From Clostridia bacterium (GTDB taxonomy: Bacteria; Bacillota; Clostridia; TANB77; CAG-508): 62,665 nucleotides of DNA. The first letter of the stretch is position 1; every line of letters starts with the position of its first letter. The stretch covers positions 1-62,665 of the forward strand of contig JAAWGB010000004.1 of NCBI GenBank assembly GCA_022795075.1, given 5' to 3'. Below the pieces are notes generated by a model. It saw nothing but the letters and a program-made list of their open reading frames with translations. It did not search any database and had not been told where the DNA came from. The position numbers and the translations under genes were made by a program. Below are positions 1 through 10,670 of the stretch, piece after piece.

Positions 1-102
1 CATTTAGGGTTATACCTGTTCCCATTCCGAACACAGAAGTCAAGCCTAAATGTGCCGAAAATACTTGTGGGTTACCCTGCTGGAAAGATAGGTTGTTGCC
101 AG
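1..102 (+). rRNA. rrf: 5S rRNA (5' end truncated by window)
   Basis: ACCTGTTCCCATTCCGAACACAGAAGTCAAG...GAAAGATAGGTTGTTGCCAG matches conserved 5S motifs; followed by a tRNA. Confidence 0.93.
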
Positions 103-115
103 ATTTTATATATAT

Positions 116-191
116 TCCTCGTTAGCTCAGTTGGTAGAGCGCTCGGCTGTTAACCGATAGGTCGTTGGTTCGAGTCCAACACGAGGAGCCA
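116..191 (+). tRNA. tRNA-Asn(GTT)
   Basis: 76-nt cloverleaf, acceptor TCCTCGT/ACGAGGA, anticodon arm TCGG-CT-GTT-AA-CCGA, TTCGAG T-loop, encoded CCA. Confidence 0.97.
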
Positions 192-201
192 TAATAAAAT
201 A

Positions 202-246
202 AAGAACCCATAGAAGTCAGTAACACCAAGACTTTTATGGGTTCTT
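202..246 (+). terminator. Hairpin after tRNA-Asn
   Basis: AAGAACCCATA ... TATGGGTTCTT followed by a T-rich tract. Confidence 0.6.
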
Positions 247-444
247 GTTTTTAACAATTTTTTATTTTATAAAAAAATGACAGATTATAAAATTTCAGTA
301 GATTTGCATTTCAATAGATTTAACAGCTTTTTCAAGAAATTACCATTTGTTATAACTTGTTATACTTTGTCACGAAATCTGTCATAAAACACCTTACTTT
401 TTGGGAATGAAAGTATAAATGAAAGCATATAGAAGAAAAAGTAA

Positions 445-1512
445 ATGAAACATCTTGAAAGGATAATAAATATGAAAATAACTAAAAAACAAATAACCTA
501 TTTAAAAGAAATAGCAAGTCCATTTTATGATGAAATGAAAGTAGAATTTTTATTTCATTCTAATAAACTAGAAGGTAGTACCTTTGATGAAGAACAATTA
601 ATTACATTACTTACAGAAAACAAAGTTCAAGGTGAACATAGTATAGATGATGTACAAGAAACAATAAATTCATTAAAGTTATTTGATTTTGTTATAGACA
701 CATTAGAAGCAGAACTTACACCACGATTATTAAAAGAATTTAATTCTTTATTAAAACAAAATACAAAACAAGATGAATATGGCTTAATAGGAATTTATAA
801 AAAAATACCAAACAAGCTTTTAGGTGTAAATATCGAAACTGCACAACCATTTGAAGTGGAAGAAAAAATTGATCATCTTTTGGAAATGGAAATCAAAAAT
901 ATAGAAGATATTGCAAATTTTCATCAGGAATTTGAACATATACATCCATTTCAAGATGGAAATGGAAGAATTGGAAGGTTTATCATATTAAGACAATGTA
1001 TTTTGAATAATATAGATTTAATAGCAATTGACAATGAATTTGAAAAAGAATATAAAAGAAATTTATATTTTGCACAAACACAAAATAATATAGAGTTTTT
1101 AGTTGAAACTTTTAGTAAATGCCAAGAAAGATTAGATAAAAAGTTAAAACAATTAAAAGAAATATTGAACGAATTAGATAGAAATATCATAAAAACTTTA
1201 AAATTTAGAAAAAATTTAAGTGAATTAATACTAAGAAATGAAAAAAATACAACATGGAGAATATTTGATGATAAAGATATAAAAGAAGGAGATATCATAC
1301 AATTTTTAGTATGGGAAACGAAAGAGACATTTGCTAAGGCTAAAATTATAAATGTTATCGAAAAGAAATTTAAGGATTTAGATGAAAAAGATATGGAAGG
1401 ACATGAAAAGTTTGAAACAAAAGAAGAAATGTACGAAACTTATAGCAAATATTATAACAAGATAATAGATGAAAATACATTAGTGAAAATAATAAAATTT
1501 GAATTAATTTAG
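445..1512 (+). CDS. Fic-domain protein fused to a C-terminal ASCH-like domain
   Basis: HPFQDGNGRIGR Fic motif at about 943-978; C-terminal LKF...EKNTTWRIFDDKDIKEGD...F.L resembles ASCH/PUA-like. Confidence 0.8.
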   Translation: MKHLERIINMKITKKQITYLKEIASPFYDEMKVEFLFHSNKLEGSTFDEEQLITLLTENKVQGEHSIDDVQETINSLKLFDFVIDTLEAELTPRLLKEFNSLLKQNTKQDEYGLIGIYKKIPNKLLGVNIETAQPFEVEEKIDHLLEMEIKNIEDIANFHQEFEHIHPFQDGNGRIGRFIILRQCILNNIDLIAIDNEFEKEYKRNLYFAQTQNNIEFLVETFSKCQERLDKKLKQLKEILNELDRNIIKTLKFRKNLSELILRNEKNTTWRIFDDKDIKEGDIIQFLVWETKETFAKAKIINVIEKKFKDLDEKDMEGHEKFETKEEMYETYSKYYNKIIDENTLVKIIKFELI

Positions 1513-1527
1513 AAGGAGAAAGAAATT

Positions 1528-2271
1528 ATGGAAGAAAGATCTATCACAATCAATATTTTTGACTTTGATGGAACTTTAACGACACAAACATGGCCAAAAT
1601 TTTGGGTATGGGTTAAGAAATTTGGATATAGAGGAGAAAAAAGAAATGATAATTTAGAAAAAGCAATTAATGAATATAAAAAAAGAAACATAGGAAATGA
1701 GCTTGAACTATTTTTTAGATTTTTCAATGATTTACTTGTTAATAATAATGAAACACTTAACTATGAAGAACTTATGGAAGGAGAAAGATACATTCAATAC
1801 AACAAAGGTGTAGTTGAATTCATAGAAACATCAACAGCTAAAAATTATATCGTTTCAGGAGGTTTAAAAGAATTTTTACAAAATCTTAAAATAGCAAAAA
1901 ACTTTGTTGGGATATATGGAACACCTGTAAAACATAATAAGGAAGGTCTGATTACAGGAATTGGAGAAGTTATGACAGATGATAAAAAAGTATTAGCCAT
2001 TCAAGATATATTAAAAAGAAATGGCAGACAAGCAAATGATTGCCAAGGCGTAAATTATATAGGAGATGGATATAGTGATGAAGTAGCAATGAGATTTGTT
2101 CATAGCCATGGTGGAAAAGCAATTTTTGTTCATCAATCCAATCAAAATGATAAATTCTATCATTACAACCATAAAATTTATCAAGCACTAAATGCAGATG
2201 GAATGGTAGATTTTTGTTGTGTTGCAGATTATACAAAAGGAGGTATACTTTCCAATATTTTGAAAGGGTAA
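1528..2271 (+). CDS. HAD-superfamily hydrolase
   Basis: FDFDGTLT motif I, IVSGG motif II, YIGDGYSD motif IV. Confidence 0.85.
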   Translation: MEERSITINIFDFDGTLTTQTWPKFWVWVKKFGYRGEKRNDNLEKAINEYKKRNIGNELELFFRFFNDLLVNNNETLNYEELMEGERYIQYNKGVVEFIETSTAKNYIVSGGLKEFLQNLKIAKNFVGIYGTPVKHNKEGLITGIGEVMTDDKKVLAIQDILKRNGRQANDCQGVNYIGDGYSDEVAMRFVHSHGGKAIFVHQSNQNDKFYHYNHKIYQALNADGMVDFCCVADYTKGGILSNILKG

Positions 2272-2390
2272 AAAGAAAAAATTAGCAAAGATGAAAGAAA
2301 ATGAAAATAGTAGTTATCATCTACTGTTTTTTAATTATTAGGAAAAGTAAAAAATAATAAAAAGTTTATGTAATTTTTTCAAGAAATTCA

Positions 2391-2419
2391 TTGACAGAAA
2401 AGGAAAAAAGTGGTACAAT
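2391..2419 (+). promoter_or_regulatory. sigmaA promoter of the rpmG-secE-nusG operon
   Basis: TTGACA-17 nt-TACAAT. Confidence 0.75.
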
Positions 2420-2499
2420 ATTCAAGCGTATAATTATTACGGATATACGCTCACATCGTTTCAAAAAAGTAATGTTAAAAAATACGGAGGTGTTTTCAT

Positions 2500-2664
2500 A
2501 TGGCAGCAAAAGGACCAAGAGAAAATATAACATTAGAATGTACAGAATGTAAAAGAAGAAATTACACGACTTCAAAAAATAAGAGAAATAATACAGATAG
2601 ATTAGAAATCGTTAAGTATTGTAAATTTTGCAAAAAACGTACAACACACAAAGAAACAAAATAG
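2500..2664 (+). CDS. rpmG: 50S ribosomal protein L33 (Zn-ribbon form); missing from the ORF track
   Basis: Translated by hand: [54 protein letters not shown]; GGAGG RBS. Confidence 0.96.
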   Translation: MAAKGPRENITLECTECKRRNYTTSKNKRNNTDRLEIVKYCKFCKKRTTHKETK

Positions 2665-2692
2665 TAGAAAGCTATTTTAAGGAGGAAATAAA

Positions 2693-3085
2693 ATGGCTAA
2701 TAAAGAAGCAAATACCAAAAAAGAAAATAATAAAAACAAAAAAAGTTTTTTTAAAGACTTTAAGGCTGAATTAAAAAAAGTAAATTGGCCAACACCAAAG
2801 CAATTACTAAATAATACAATTGCAGTAGTAACCATAGTAATTATTACAGCAGTTATTGTTTTTGCGTTAGATGTAGTATTTGAAATTCTAAACAAACAAG
2901 GAGTTGACAAAATAAAAGAAGTAATTGTAACAGACAATAGTGTGTTAAATGAAACAACAAACAACACAACACAAGAAAATGCAAGCACACAAAACGAAAC
3001 AACAGCAGAAAGTAATACAACACAAGAAAATACAGAAGCTTCTAATACAGAAAATAATGCAACTCAAAACAATGTAGCACAATAA
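2693..3085 (+). CDS. secE: Preprotein translocase SecE with a long T/N/E-rich C-terminal tail
   Basis: FKAELKKVNWPT motif plus TM segment; rpmG-secE-nusG synteny. Confidence 0.93.
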   Translation: MANKEANTKKENNKNKKSFFKDFKAELKKVNWPTPKQLLNNTIAVVTIVIITAVIVFALDVVFEILNKQGVDKIKEVIVTDNSVLNETTNNTTQENASTQNETTAESNTTQENTEASNTENNATQNNVAQ

Positions 3086-3113
3086 TTGAAAAATAAAAGG
3101 AGGCTAACCATAA

Positions 3114-3650
3114 ATGTCTCAAAAAGATTACGATAATGTAGCTAGATGGTATGTTGTTCATACCTATTCAGGTTACGAAAATAAGGTAAAAGCAGACTTA
3201 GAAAAAACAATTAAGAACAGAGAATTAGAAGATTTCTTTTTTGACATCATTGTACCAATGGAAGAACAAATAGAAATTAAAGATGGAAAAAGAAAAACAA
3301 ACCTTAGAAAAGTTTTTCCAGGTTATGTATTAATTAAGATGATAGTAACAGAAGAATCTTGGTATATAGTAAGAAATACAAGAGGCGTTACAGGATTTGT
3401 AGGTTCTGGAACAGATCCAATACCATTAACAGAAGACGAGATTAGAAATATGGGATTTGAAGAAGTTCCAGTTAATGTAGACTATGAAGTAAGTGAACAA
3501 GTACAAGTTATGAATGGACCATTTGAAGGATTTGTAGGAACCGTTCAAGAAATTAATACTGAAAAACACAAAGTAAAAGTTTTAGTATCTATGTTTGGAA
3601 GAGAAACACCAGTAGAATTAGAATTTTCACAAGTACAAAAAATGAAATAA
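3114..3650 (+). CDS. nusG: Transcription termination/antitermination factor NusG
   Basis: [25 protein letters not shown] motif GPFEGF. Confidence 0.98.
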   Translation: MSQKDYDNVARWYVVHTYSGYENKVKADLEKTIKNRELEDFFFDIIVPMEEQIEIKDGKRKTNLRKVFPGYVLIKMIVTEESWYIVRNTRGVTGFVGSGTDPIPLTEDEIRNMGFEEVPVNVDYEVSEQVQVMNGPFEGFVGTVQEINTEKHKVKVLVSMFGRETPVELEFSQVQKMK

Positions 3651-3710
3651 AAATAATCAAAGGGAAAAAGATTAAAAGAATCCCTATCAGAAAGAGGAGG
3701 TGCCATTAAA

Positions 3711-4139
3711 ATGGCAGAAAAAGAAATATCAAATTTAATTAAATTACAAATAGAAGCAGGGAAAGCATCACCAGCCCCACCAGTAGGTCCAGCTTTAGGT
3801 TCAAGTGGTGTTAACATTATGCAATTTGTAAAAGAATTTAATGATAGAACAGCCAATCAACCAGGAATGATTATCCCAGTAGTAATTACAGTTTATAAAG
3901 ACAAATCATTTGATTTTATTACAAAAGTACCACCAGTTGCTGTATTAATAAAAAAAGCAATTAATATTCAAAAAGGTTCAGGAAAACCAAATATGGATAA
4001 AGTTGCTAAAATAACAAAAGCACAAGTAAAAGAAATTGCTGAACAAAAAATGCCAGACTTAAATGCTGCAAGTATCGAAACAGCTATGAGTATGGTTGAA
4101 GGTACAGCAAGGTCAATGGGTGTTGTTGTAACCGATTAA
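3711..4139 (+). CDS. rplK: 50S ribosomal protein L11
   Basis: [15 protein letters not shown]. Confidence 0.98.
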   Translation: MAEKEISNLIKLQIEAGKASPAPPVGPALGSSGVNIMQFVKEFNDRTANQPGMIIPVVITVYKDKSFDFITKVPPVAVLIKKAINIQKGSGKPNMDKVAKITKAQVKEIAEQKMPDLNAASIETAMSMVEGTARSMGVVVTD

Positions 4140-4220
4140 AACAGATATTAAAATAATAAAAAATTGGGAGAGCTAAAAAACAAGAAAAAAAGCTCGTTAG
4201 AACCAAAGGAGGAAAGAAAA

Positions 4221-4904
4221 ATGAAAGTATCAAAAAGATATGCAGAAAGTGCAAAATTAATTGATAAAACAAAAGAATATAATGTAAAAGAAGCATTAGA
4301 AATCATTGAAAAAATGCCAAAAACAAAATTTGACGAAACCGTTGAATTACATGTAAAATTAGGTGTAGACTCTAAACATGCAGATCAACAAGTTAGAGGT
4401 ACAGTAGTACTTCCAAATGGAACAGGAAAAACACAAAGAGTATTAGTATTTGCAAAAGGGCCAAAAGCAGAAGAAGCAGAAAAAGCAGGAGCAGACTTTG
4501 TTGGAGCAGAAGAACTAATACCAAAAATTCAAAATGACAACTGGTTTGATTATGATGTTATAGTAGCAACACCAGATATGATGGGAGTTGTAGGAAGATT
4601 AGGAAAAGTATTAGGACCAAAAGGATTAATGCCAAACCCAAAATCAGGAACAGTAACAATGGATGTAACCAAAGCTATCAGTGAAATCAAATCTGGTAAA
4701 GTTGAATATCGTTTAGATAAAACAAACATTATTCACTTAGGATTTGGAAAAGTATCATTTGGAACAGACAAATTATTAGAAAATTATGAAACCATTATTA
4801 ATGCAATTATAAAAGCAAAACCAGCAGCAGCAAAAGGTCAATACATAAAAAGTGTAGCAATCACTACAACAATGGGACCAGGAATATTTATTGATCAAAA
4901 ATAA
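4221..4904 (+). CDS. rplA: 50S ribosomal protein L1
   Basis: [20 protein letters not shown]; start set at the ATG after GGAGG (ORF-track start 4164 is an upstream extension). Confidence 0.97.
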   Translation: MKVSKRYAESAKLIDKTKEYNVKEALEIIEKMPKTKFDETVELHVKLGVDSKHADQQVRGTVVLPNGTGKTQRVLVFAKGPKAEEAEKAGADFVGAEELIPKIQNDNWFDYDVIVATPDMMGVVGRLGKVLGPKGLMPNPKSGTVTMDVTKAISEIKSGKVEYRLDKTNIIHLGFGKVSFGTDKLLENYETIINAIIKAKPAAAKGQYIKSVAITTTMGPGIFIDQK

Positions 4905-4911
4905 TAAAACA

Positions 4912-5051
4912 AGCCAAAGACAGTAGGCAAAATCAAGTTAATTGTAGTAATAACCTATAATTAATAGATATAAGATAAGTCCTACCGAGGTTGAAAAAGA
5001 GATAAAGTAGTTTATTTAAGCACTCTTTGAAACCTTGGAGGTCAAAGAGTG
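4912..5051 (+). promoter_or_regulatory. L10 leader (ribosomal protein autoregulatory RNA)
   Basis: CCAAAGACAGTAGG ... CCTACCGAGG motifs upstream of rplJ, followed by hairpin CACTCTTTG/CAAAGAGTG. Confidence 0.8.
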
Positions 5052-5135
5052 TTATTCATTTTATAGAAAGTAATTTCTATAGTAATATAAATTATCAAAA
5101 GATAGAGAAATTTTTTAGGAGGTGAAAAAAAGAAA

Positions 5136-5729
5136 ATGGCAAGTGAAAAAATTCTAAATCAAAAGAAAGAAGAAGTAAGCAAATTAGCAGAACAAATGAA
5201 AGCAGCTAAACTAATACTTTTAACAGATTACAGAGGAATTAATGTAACAGATGATACAACTTTAAGAAAAGACTTACGTGGGATAGGAGCAAAATATAAT
5301 ATTATTAAAAATAATATTACAAAAAGAGCTTTAGCTGAATGTGGTATCAATGGTCTTGAAGAGAAATTAGAAGGACCAACAGCAGTTGTTATGAGTACAG
5401 AAGATTATTTAGAGCCATCTAAAATTATATATAAATTTAGTAAAGATAATGAATACTATACAATAAAAGGTGGAGTAATTGATGGAAAAGTTATGACAGC
5501 CGATGAAATCATTACATTAGCAAAATTACCATCAAGAGAAACATTACTATCAATGCTTGCTGGAGCATTACTTGGAAATATTTCAAAAGTTGCAGTGGCT
5601 ATTAATCAAGTAAGAATTCAAAAAGAAGAAGCTGGAGAAAAAGTAAGTGTTTCAGTACCAGCAGAAGAACCAGCAGTTGTTGCAGAACAAACAACTGAGG
5701 CACCAGCAGAAGTAACAGAAGAAGCATAG
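5136..5729 (+). CDS. rplJ: 50S ribosomal protein L10 with an acidic C-terminal extension
   Basis: DYRGINV, LAKLPSRETLLSML. Confidence 0.96.
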   Translation: MASEKILNQKKEEVSKLAEQMKAAKLILLTDYRGINVTDDTTLRKDLRGIGAKYNIIKNNITKRALAECGINGLEEKLEGPTAVVMSTEDYLEPSKIIYKFSKDNEYYTIKGGVIDGKVMTADEIITLAKLPSRETLLSMLAGALLGNISKVAVAINQVRIQKEEAGEKVSVSVPAEEPAVVAEQTTEAPAEVTEEA

Positions 5730-5804
5730 ATTTAAAAACAATAAAAAATACAAATAAAAATTAGAGTAGTGAACTTAAATCACTAGAAAAAGGAGGATTT
5801 TAAA

Positions 5805-6176
5805 ATGGAAAAAATAGAAAAATTGATTGAAGAAATAGACAGCTTAACCGTTGTTGAATTAGCAGATTTAGTTAAAGCAATTGAAGAAAAATATGGAGTA
5901 TCTGCTGTAGCAGCTGCTGCACCAGCAGCAGGAGGAGCAGCAGCAGGAGGAGCTGCTGAAGAAAAATCATCATTTGATGTTGTATTAACAGACGCAGGAG
6001 ATCAAAAAATTAAAGTTATCAAAGTAGTTAGAGATGCTACAGGACTAGGATTAAAAGAAGCAAAAGAATTAGTAGACGGAGCACCAAAAACAGTTAAAGA
6101 AGGAGTTGCTAAAGAAGAAGCAGAAGACCTAAAAGCAAAATTCAGCGAAGTAGGAGCAGTTGTAGAATTAAAATAA
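5805..6176 (+). CDS. rplL: 50S ribosomal protein L7/L12
   Basis: Ala-rich hinge, [20 protein letters not shown]. Confidence 0.98.
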   Translation: MEKIEKLIEEIDSLTVVELADLVKAIEEKYGVSAVAAAAPAAGGAAAGGAAEEKSSFDVVLTDAGDQKIKVIKVVRDATGLGLKEAKELVDGAPKTVKEGVAKEEAEDLKAKFSEVGAVVELK

Positions 6177-6191
6177 TAATAGAAATACGAA

Positions 6192-6219
6192 AAACAAGCC
6201 GAAAATGGCTTGTTTTTTT
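6192..6219 (+). terminator. Rho-independent terminator after rplL
   Basis: AAACAAGCC-GAAAAT-GGCTTGTTT followed by a T-run. Confidence 0.8.
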
Positions 6220-6270
6220 GGTAAAAAAAGTATATAATAGAAAACAAATTGAGAATTAGGAGATGATAAA

Positions 6271-6555
6271 ATGCAAATAAGCAAAGAAGAAATTTTACAC
6301 ATAGCTAATTTAGCCCATTTAGATTTAGAAGAAAACGAAATTGAAAATTACATATTAAACTTGCAAGATATTTTAAATTTTGCTAATATAGTAAACCAAG
6401 CACCAGTAGAAAATTTGGATATAACGATAGGAAACAATGAAGAAAAAAATGTATTTAGAAAAGATGAAATAAAAGTATTTGAAGATAACGAAAGTTTATT
6501 ACAAAATGCTATAGCAAAAGAACAAAATATGTTCAAAATACCAAAAGTTTTATAA
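6271..6555 (+). CDS. gatC: Asp-tRNA(Asn)/Glu-tRNA(Gln) amidotransferase subunit C
   Basis: ISKEEILHIANLAHL...FKIPKV; upstream of gatA/gatB. Confidence 0.93.
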   Translation: MQISKEEILHIANLAHLDLEENEIENYILNLQDILNFANIVNQAPVENLDITIGNNEEKNVFRKDEIKVFEDNESLLQNAIAKEQNMFKIPKVL

Positions 6556-6617
6556 AGTAAGATATTAAATATATTATATAAGACTTATGAAATATAAACC
6601 AAAAAAGGAGATAAAAT

Positions 6618-6719
6618 ATGATAATAGGGATTGATATAGATGATACTATTTCAGATACTTATGCTTATATTTTTCCATATGCACAAAAATATACTATAGA
6701 AGAGTTAGGAGGAAAATAG
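6618..6719 (+). pseudogene. 33-codon N-terminal fragment of a HAD-like 5'-nucleotidase
   Basis: AGGAG RBS then MIIGIDIDDTISDTYAYIFPYAQKYTIEELGGK*; DxD motif I only; stop abuts the gatA ATG. Confidence 0.6.
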
Positions 6720-8183
6720 ATGAATATTACTAAATTAACCGTACATGAATTACAAGAAAAAGTTAAAAATAAAGAGCTAACCATAACAGACATAACAAAA
6801 GCTTATGTTGATAGAATCCATGAAAAAGAAAAAGATGTACAAGCTTTTATAACGCTATTAACGAATGAGGCAATAGAACAAGCAAAAAATATACAAGAAA
6901 AAAAGGAAAAAGGAGAAATTACAGGAGAATTAGCAGGAATACCAATAGGAATCAAAGACAATATGTGTACAAAAGGGATAAAAACCACATGTGCCTCCAA
7001 AATGTTAGAAAACTTTGTATCACCTTATGATGCAAGTGTTATCGAAAAAATAAATGAAGAAAATATAATCTCATTAGGAAAACTAAATATGGATGAATTT
7101 GCAATGGGAAGTTCAACAGAATACTCTTATTTCAAAAAAACAAGAAATCCTTGGAACTTAAATAAAGTACCAGGAGGATCATCAGGAGGAAGTGCAGCAG
7201 CAGTAGCAGCAGATTTAGTTCCATGGGCATTAGGTTCAGACACAGGAGGATCGATTAGACAACCATCTAGTTTTTGTGGTGTAGTAGGCTTAAAACCAAC
7301 CTATGGGTTAGTATCAAGATATGGATTAGTAGCCTTTGCATCATCCTTAGATCAAATAGGACCAATCACAAAAGATGTAACAGACTCAGCCATATTACTA
7401 AATATCATTGCTGGACATGATGAAAAAGACACAACATCAAGTAATAAGCCAAAAATTGATTATACAAAATCACTTAAAAATGATGTAAAAGGATTAAAAA
7501 TAGGAGTGCCAAAAGAATTCTTTGGAGAAGGAATTAATGAAGAAGTTAAACAATCTTTACAATTAGCCATTGAAAAATACAAAGAATTAGGTGCCAAAAT
7601 AGAAGAATTTTCATTAGATGTTTCTCAATATGCCTTAGCAACTTATTATATAATTGCCTGTGCAGAAGCAAGTTCAAATTTAGGAAGATTTGATGGAATT
7701 CGTTACACCTATCGTACAACAAAATTTAACAATCTAAAAGAAATTTATAAAAAAACAAGAAGTGAAGCCTTTGGTTCAGAAGTAAAAAGAAGAATTATGT
7801 TAGGAACCTATGTATTATCTTCTGGCTACTATGATGCCTACTATAAAAAAGCACAACAAGTTCGAACTTTGGTAATGAACAAATTTAATGAAGGATTTAA
7901 AAAATATGATGTAATCCTAACACCAACATCGCCAACGGTTGCCTTTGATATGGGAACAAAATCAAATAATCCATTGGAGATGTATTTAGCAGATATTTGT
8001 ACCGTGTCAGTCAATGTAGCAGGGCTCCCAGCAATTTCGATTCCATGTGGAGTAGACAAAGAAGGAATGCCAATTGGAATGCAATTAATAGGAAGTAAAT
8101 TTAGTGAAGAAACCATATTAAATGCAGCATATACATTTGAACAAGCCATTAAATTTAGAGAAAATTATCAACCAAGATTTTAG
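6720..8183 (+). CDS. gatA: Amidotransferase subunit A
   Basis: Amidase signature [22 protein letters not shown]. Confidence 0.98.
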   Translation: MNITKLTVHELQEKVKNKELTITDITKAYVDRIHEKEKDVQAFITLLTNEAIEQAKNIQEKKEKGEITGELAGIPIGIKDNMCTKGIKTTCASKMLENFVSPYDASVIEKINEENIISLGKLNMDEFAMGSSTEYSYFKKTRNPWNLNKVPGGSSGGSAAAVAADLVPWALGSDTGGSIRQPSSFCGVVGLKPTYGLVSRYGLVAFASSLDQIGPITKDVTDSAILLNIIAGHDEKDTTSSNKPKIDYTKSLKNDVKGLKIGVPKEFFGEGINEEVKQSLQLAIEKYKELGAKIEEFSLDVSQYALATYYIIACAEASSNLGRFDGIRYTYRTTKFNNLKEIYKKTRSEAFGSEVKRRIMLGTYVLSSGYYDAYYKKAQQVRTLVMNKFNEGFKKYDVILTPTSPTVAFDMGTKSNNPLEMYLADICTVSVNVAGLPAISIPCGVDKEGMPIGMQLIGSKFSEETILNAAYTFEQAIKFRENYQPRF

Positions 8184-8216
8184 GGATTCCCTAAAATTTC
8201 TAAAAAGGAGGAAAAC

Positions 8217-9656
8217 ATGTCAAGAGAAGATTATGAAGTAGTAATAGGATTAGAAGTACATGCAGAATTATCAACTAATACAAAAATATTTTGTTCTTGT
8301 CCAACCAAATTTGGAGCACAGCCAAATACCCAAACTTGTCCTATTTGTATGGCTATGCCAGGAACTTTACCAGTGTTAAACGAAAAAGTAGTAGAATATG
8401 CTGTAAAAGCAGGTCTAGCAACTAATTGTGAAATTGCAAGAGATAGCAAAAATGATAGAAAAAATTATTTTTATCCTGATTTACCAAAAGCCTATCAAAT
8501 ATCACAATTTGATAAACCACTATGTGAACATGGAGCAATAGAAATTGAAACAGAAGAGGGAAAAAAGAAAATAGGAATTACTAGAATACATATTGAAGAA
8601 GATGCTGGAAAATTAAATCATGATGAATTTGGAGGAGGAAGCTTAGTAGATTTGAACAGAGCAGGTGTCCCTCTAATTGAAATTGTTTCTGAGCCAGATA
8701 TTCGTAGTAGTGAAGAAACGGAAAAATATTTAAGAAAATTAAAGTCAATTCTAGAATATATAGAAGTTTCTGATTGTAAGATGCAAGAAGGGTCATTAAG
8801 AGCAGATGTTAATGTTTCTGTTAGAAAAAAAGGAGAAACTAAATTAGGAACTCGTACAGAGATGAAAAATATGAATTCTTTTAGAAGTATTGCAAGAGCA
8901 ATTGAATATGAAGTAGATAGACAAATTGATGTTATCGAAGAAGGCGGAAAAATTGAACAAGAAACATTAAGATGGGATGAAGTATCTGGAAAAACTTTTT
9001 CGATGAGAGATAAAGAAGATGCCCAAGATTATCGCTATTTCCCTGATCCAGATTTAGTTGCTATCAAATTGTCAGAGGAATATATTCAAAACATTAAAAG
9101 TACTTTACCAGAACTACCAGAAAGTAGAAAACAAAGATATTTAGACCAATATCATTTATCGCAAAAAGATGCTAATTTAATTACTTCTTCTAAATATTTA
9201 TCAGATTTATTTGAACAAGCAATAGAAGTATGTAATAACCCAAAAGCAGTTAATAACTGGATTATATCAGATATTTCAAGAATTTTGAACGAAAGTGAAA
9301 TGGAACCAATTGAAATACCTTTTGATAGCAAACAATTGGGTAAATTGGTTGTTTTAATAGATAAAGGGACAATTAGTTCAAGTATTGGTAAAAAGGTATT
9401 AGTAGAATTATTTGAAAATCCAAGAGACCCAGAAGATATTATTAAAGAAAAAGGTTGGATACAGATATCAGATGAAGGAGCAATTAAAGAAGTTGTATTA
9501 AAAATATTAGAAGCAAATCCACAATCTATTGCAGATTATAAGGGTGGAAAAGATAAAGCTTTAGGCTTCTTGGTAGGACAAGCTATGAAGGAGACAAAAG
9601 GAAAAGCTAATCCTCAAATGTTAAATAAGATGTTTTTGGAAGAATTGAATCAATAA
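8217..9656 (+). CDS. gatB: Amidotransferase subunit B
   Basis: VIGLEVHAEL, NYFYPDLPKAYQISQ, YRYFPDPDL. Confidence 0.98.
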   Translation: MSREDYEVVIGLEVHAELSTNTKIFCSCPTKFGAQPNTQTCPICMAMPGTLPVLNEKVVEYAVKAGLATNCEIARDSKNDRKNYFYPDLPKAYQISQFDKPLCEHGAIEIETEEGKKKIGITRIHIEEDAGKLNHDEFGGGSLVDLNRAGVPLIEIVSEPDIRSSEETEKYLRKLKSILEYIEVSDCKMQEGSLRADVNVSVRKKGETKLGTRTEMKNMNSFRSIARAIEYEVDRQIDVIEEGGKIEQETLRWDEVSGKTFSMRDKEDAQDYRYFPDPDLVAIKLSEEYIQNIKSTLPELPESRKQRYLDQYHLSQKDANLITSSKYLSDLFEQAIEVCNNPKAVNNWIISDISRILNESEMEPIEIPFDSKQLGKLVVLIDKGTISSSIGKKVLVELFENPRDPEDIIKEKGWIQISDEGAIKEVVLKILEANPQSIADYKGGKDKALGFLVGQAMKETKGKANPQMLNKMFLEELNQ

Positions 9657-9678
9657 GATGCTTAAAGTTAGCGAAATT

Positions 9679-9703
9679 AAGACTCACAATTATTGTGAGT
9701 CTT
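9679..9703. terminator. Hairpin terminator between gatB and a convergent gene
   Basis: AAGACTCACAAT-T-ATTGTGAGTCTT. Confidence 0.7.
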
Positions 9704-9767
9704 TTATAAATTTAGGCTAAATGTTGAGGTTATTTAATTACTCCAACATTTATTATAGAACCCAAAA

Positions 9768-10019
9768 TTATATTAATTGTTTTTTTATGCCATCAACGAC
9801 AAATCCACAAATAATGAATTCAATTGAAAAAATCAAACTAAGTTTAAATAAGTTAATCCCTATGTAATAAGTAAAAGGAGAAGGTAAAGCTAAACTATAG
9901 GTAAGTAAAATAATAACGGATAAAAGGCAGATGGCAAAGCAAAATTTTAATCCATAATTCATGATTCTAAAAGTTTTTTTATCAAGTTTTTTGAAAGTAT
10001 CGAATAATTTTCTAAACAT
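9768..10019 (-). CDS. Small membrane protein, hypothetical
   Basis: ATG at 10019 with a GAGGTG RBS; two hydrophobic segments. Confidence 0.6.
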   Translation of the reverse strand: MFRKLFDTFKKLDKKTFRIMNYGLKFCFAICLLSVIILLTYSLALPSPFTYYIGINLFKLSLIFSIEFIICGFVVDGIKKQLI

Positions 10020-10178
10020 ATTACACCTCACTAAAAGAATTACTATCATAATTAATAGTAACATGAAAGAAATTTAAAAACAATGGAAATGCTTGCCAAG
10101 TAAAAGAATCAAGCTAAAAAGAACTCCTTTTTAAGAAGTTCTTGTCAGAATAAAAACTATGCATAATTTTTATTGGTC

Positions 10179-10445
10179 TTAAGCTATAGCTGCATTTAAT
10201 TTTTTAGATAGACTAGATTTTTTTCTAGCAGCTGTATTTTTAACAATAACACCTTTGGTGCATGCTTGATCAATTTTTTTAGTAGCTTCAGAAAAAAGAA
10301 CTTTTGCTTCTTCCATGTTTCCACTAGCAATAGCTTCTTCAAATTTTTTTACAGCTGTTTTATATCCAGACTTAATCATATTATTTCTTAAAGTTTTTTT
10401 CTCAATTACTTTAACTCTTTTTTTGGCTGATTTAATATTTGGCAT
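10179..10445 (-). CDS. rpsT: 30S ribosomal protein S20
   Basis: [12 protein letters not shown]...[10 protein letters not shown]. Confidence 0.98.
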   Translation of the reverse strand: MPNIKSAKKRVKVIEKKTLRNNMIKSGYKTAVKKFEEAIASGNMEEAKVLFSEATKKIDQACTKGVIVKNTAARKKSSLSKKLNAAIA

Positions 10446-10670
10446 TTCTTTTGGGCACCTCCTCTTAGTCTAAATTAAACTATAACATATGATATTCTAC
10501 CATATTTTTTTACAAAAAGCAAGTGAAATTTGATAAAATTTCACTTCTATGCAATATCTATAAATATTGGCAGATAGTTAATCTTTTAGATTTATGATTT
10601 TTTACTATTTTTTATATTGTAATAATCATTTATTTATGATATCATGAATACGAAGAAAGGAAGTGGAAGT

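Noticed and set aside
4164-4220. Longer rplA start from the ORF track
   Set aside because: The GGAGG RBS precedes ATG 4221, which gives a normal-length L1.
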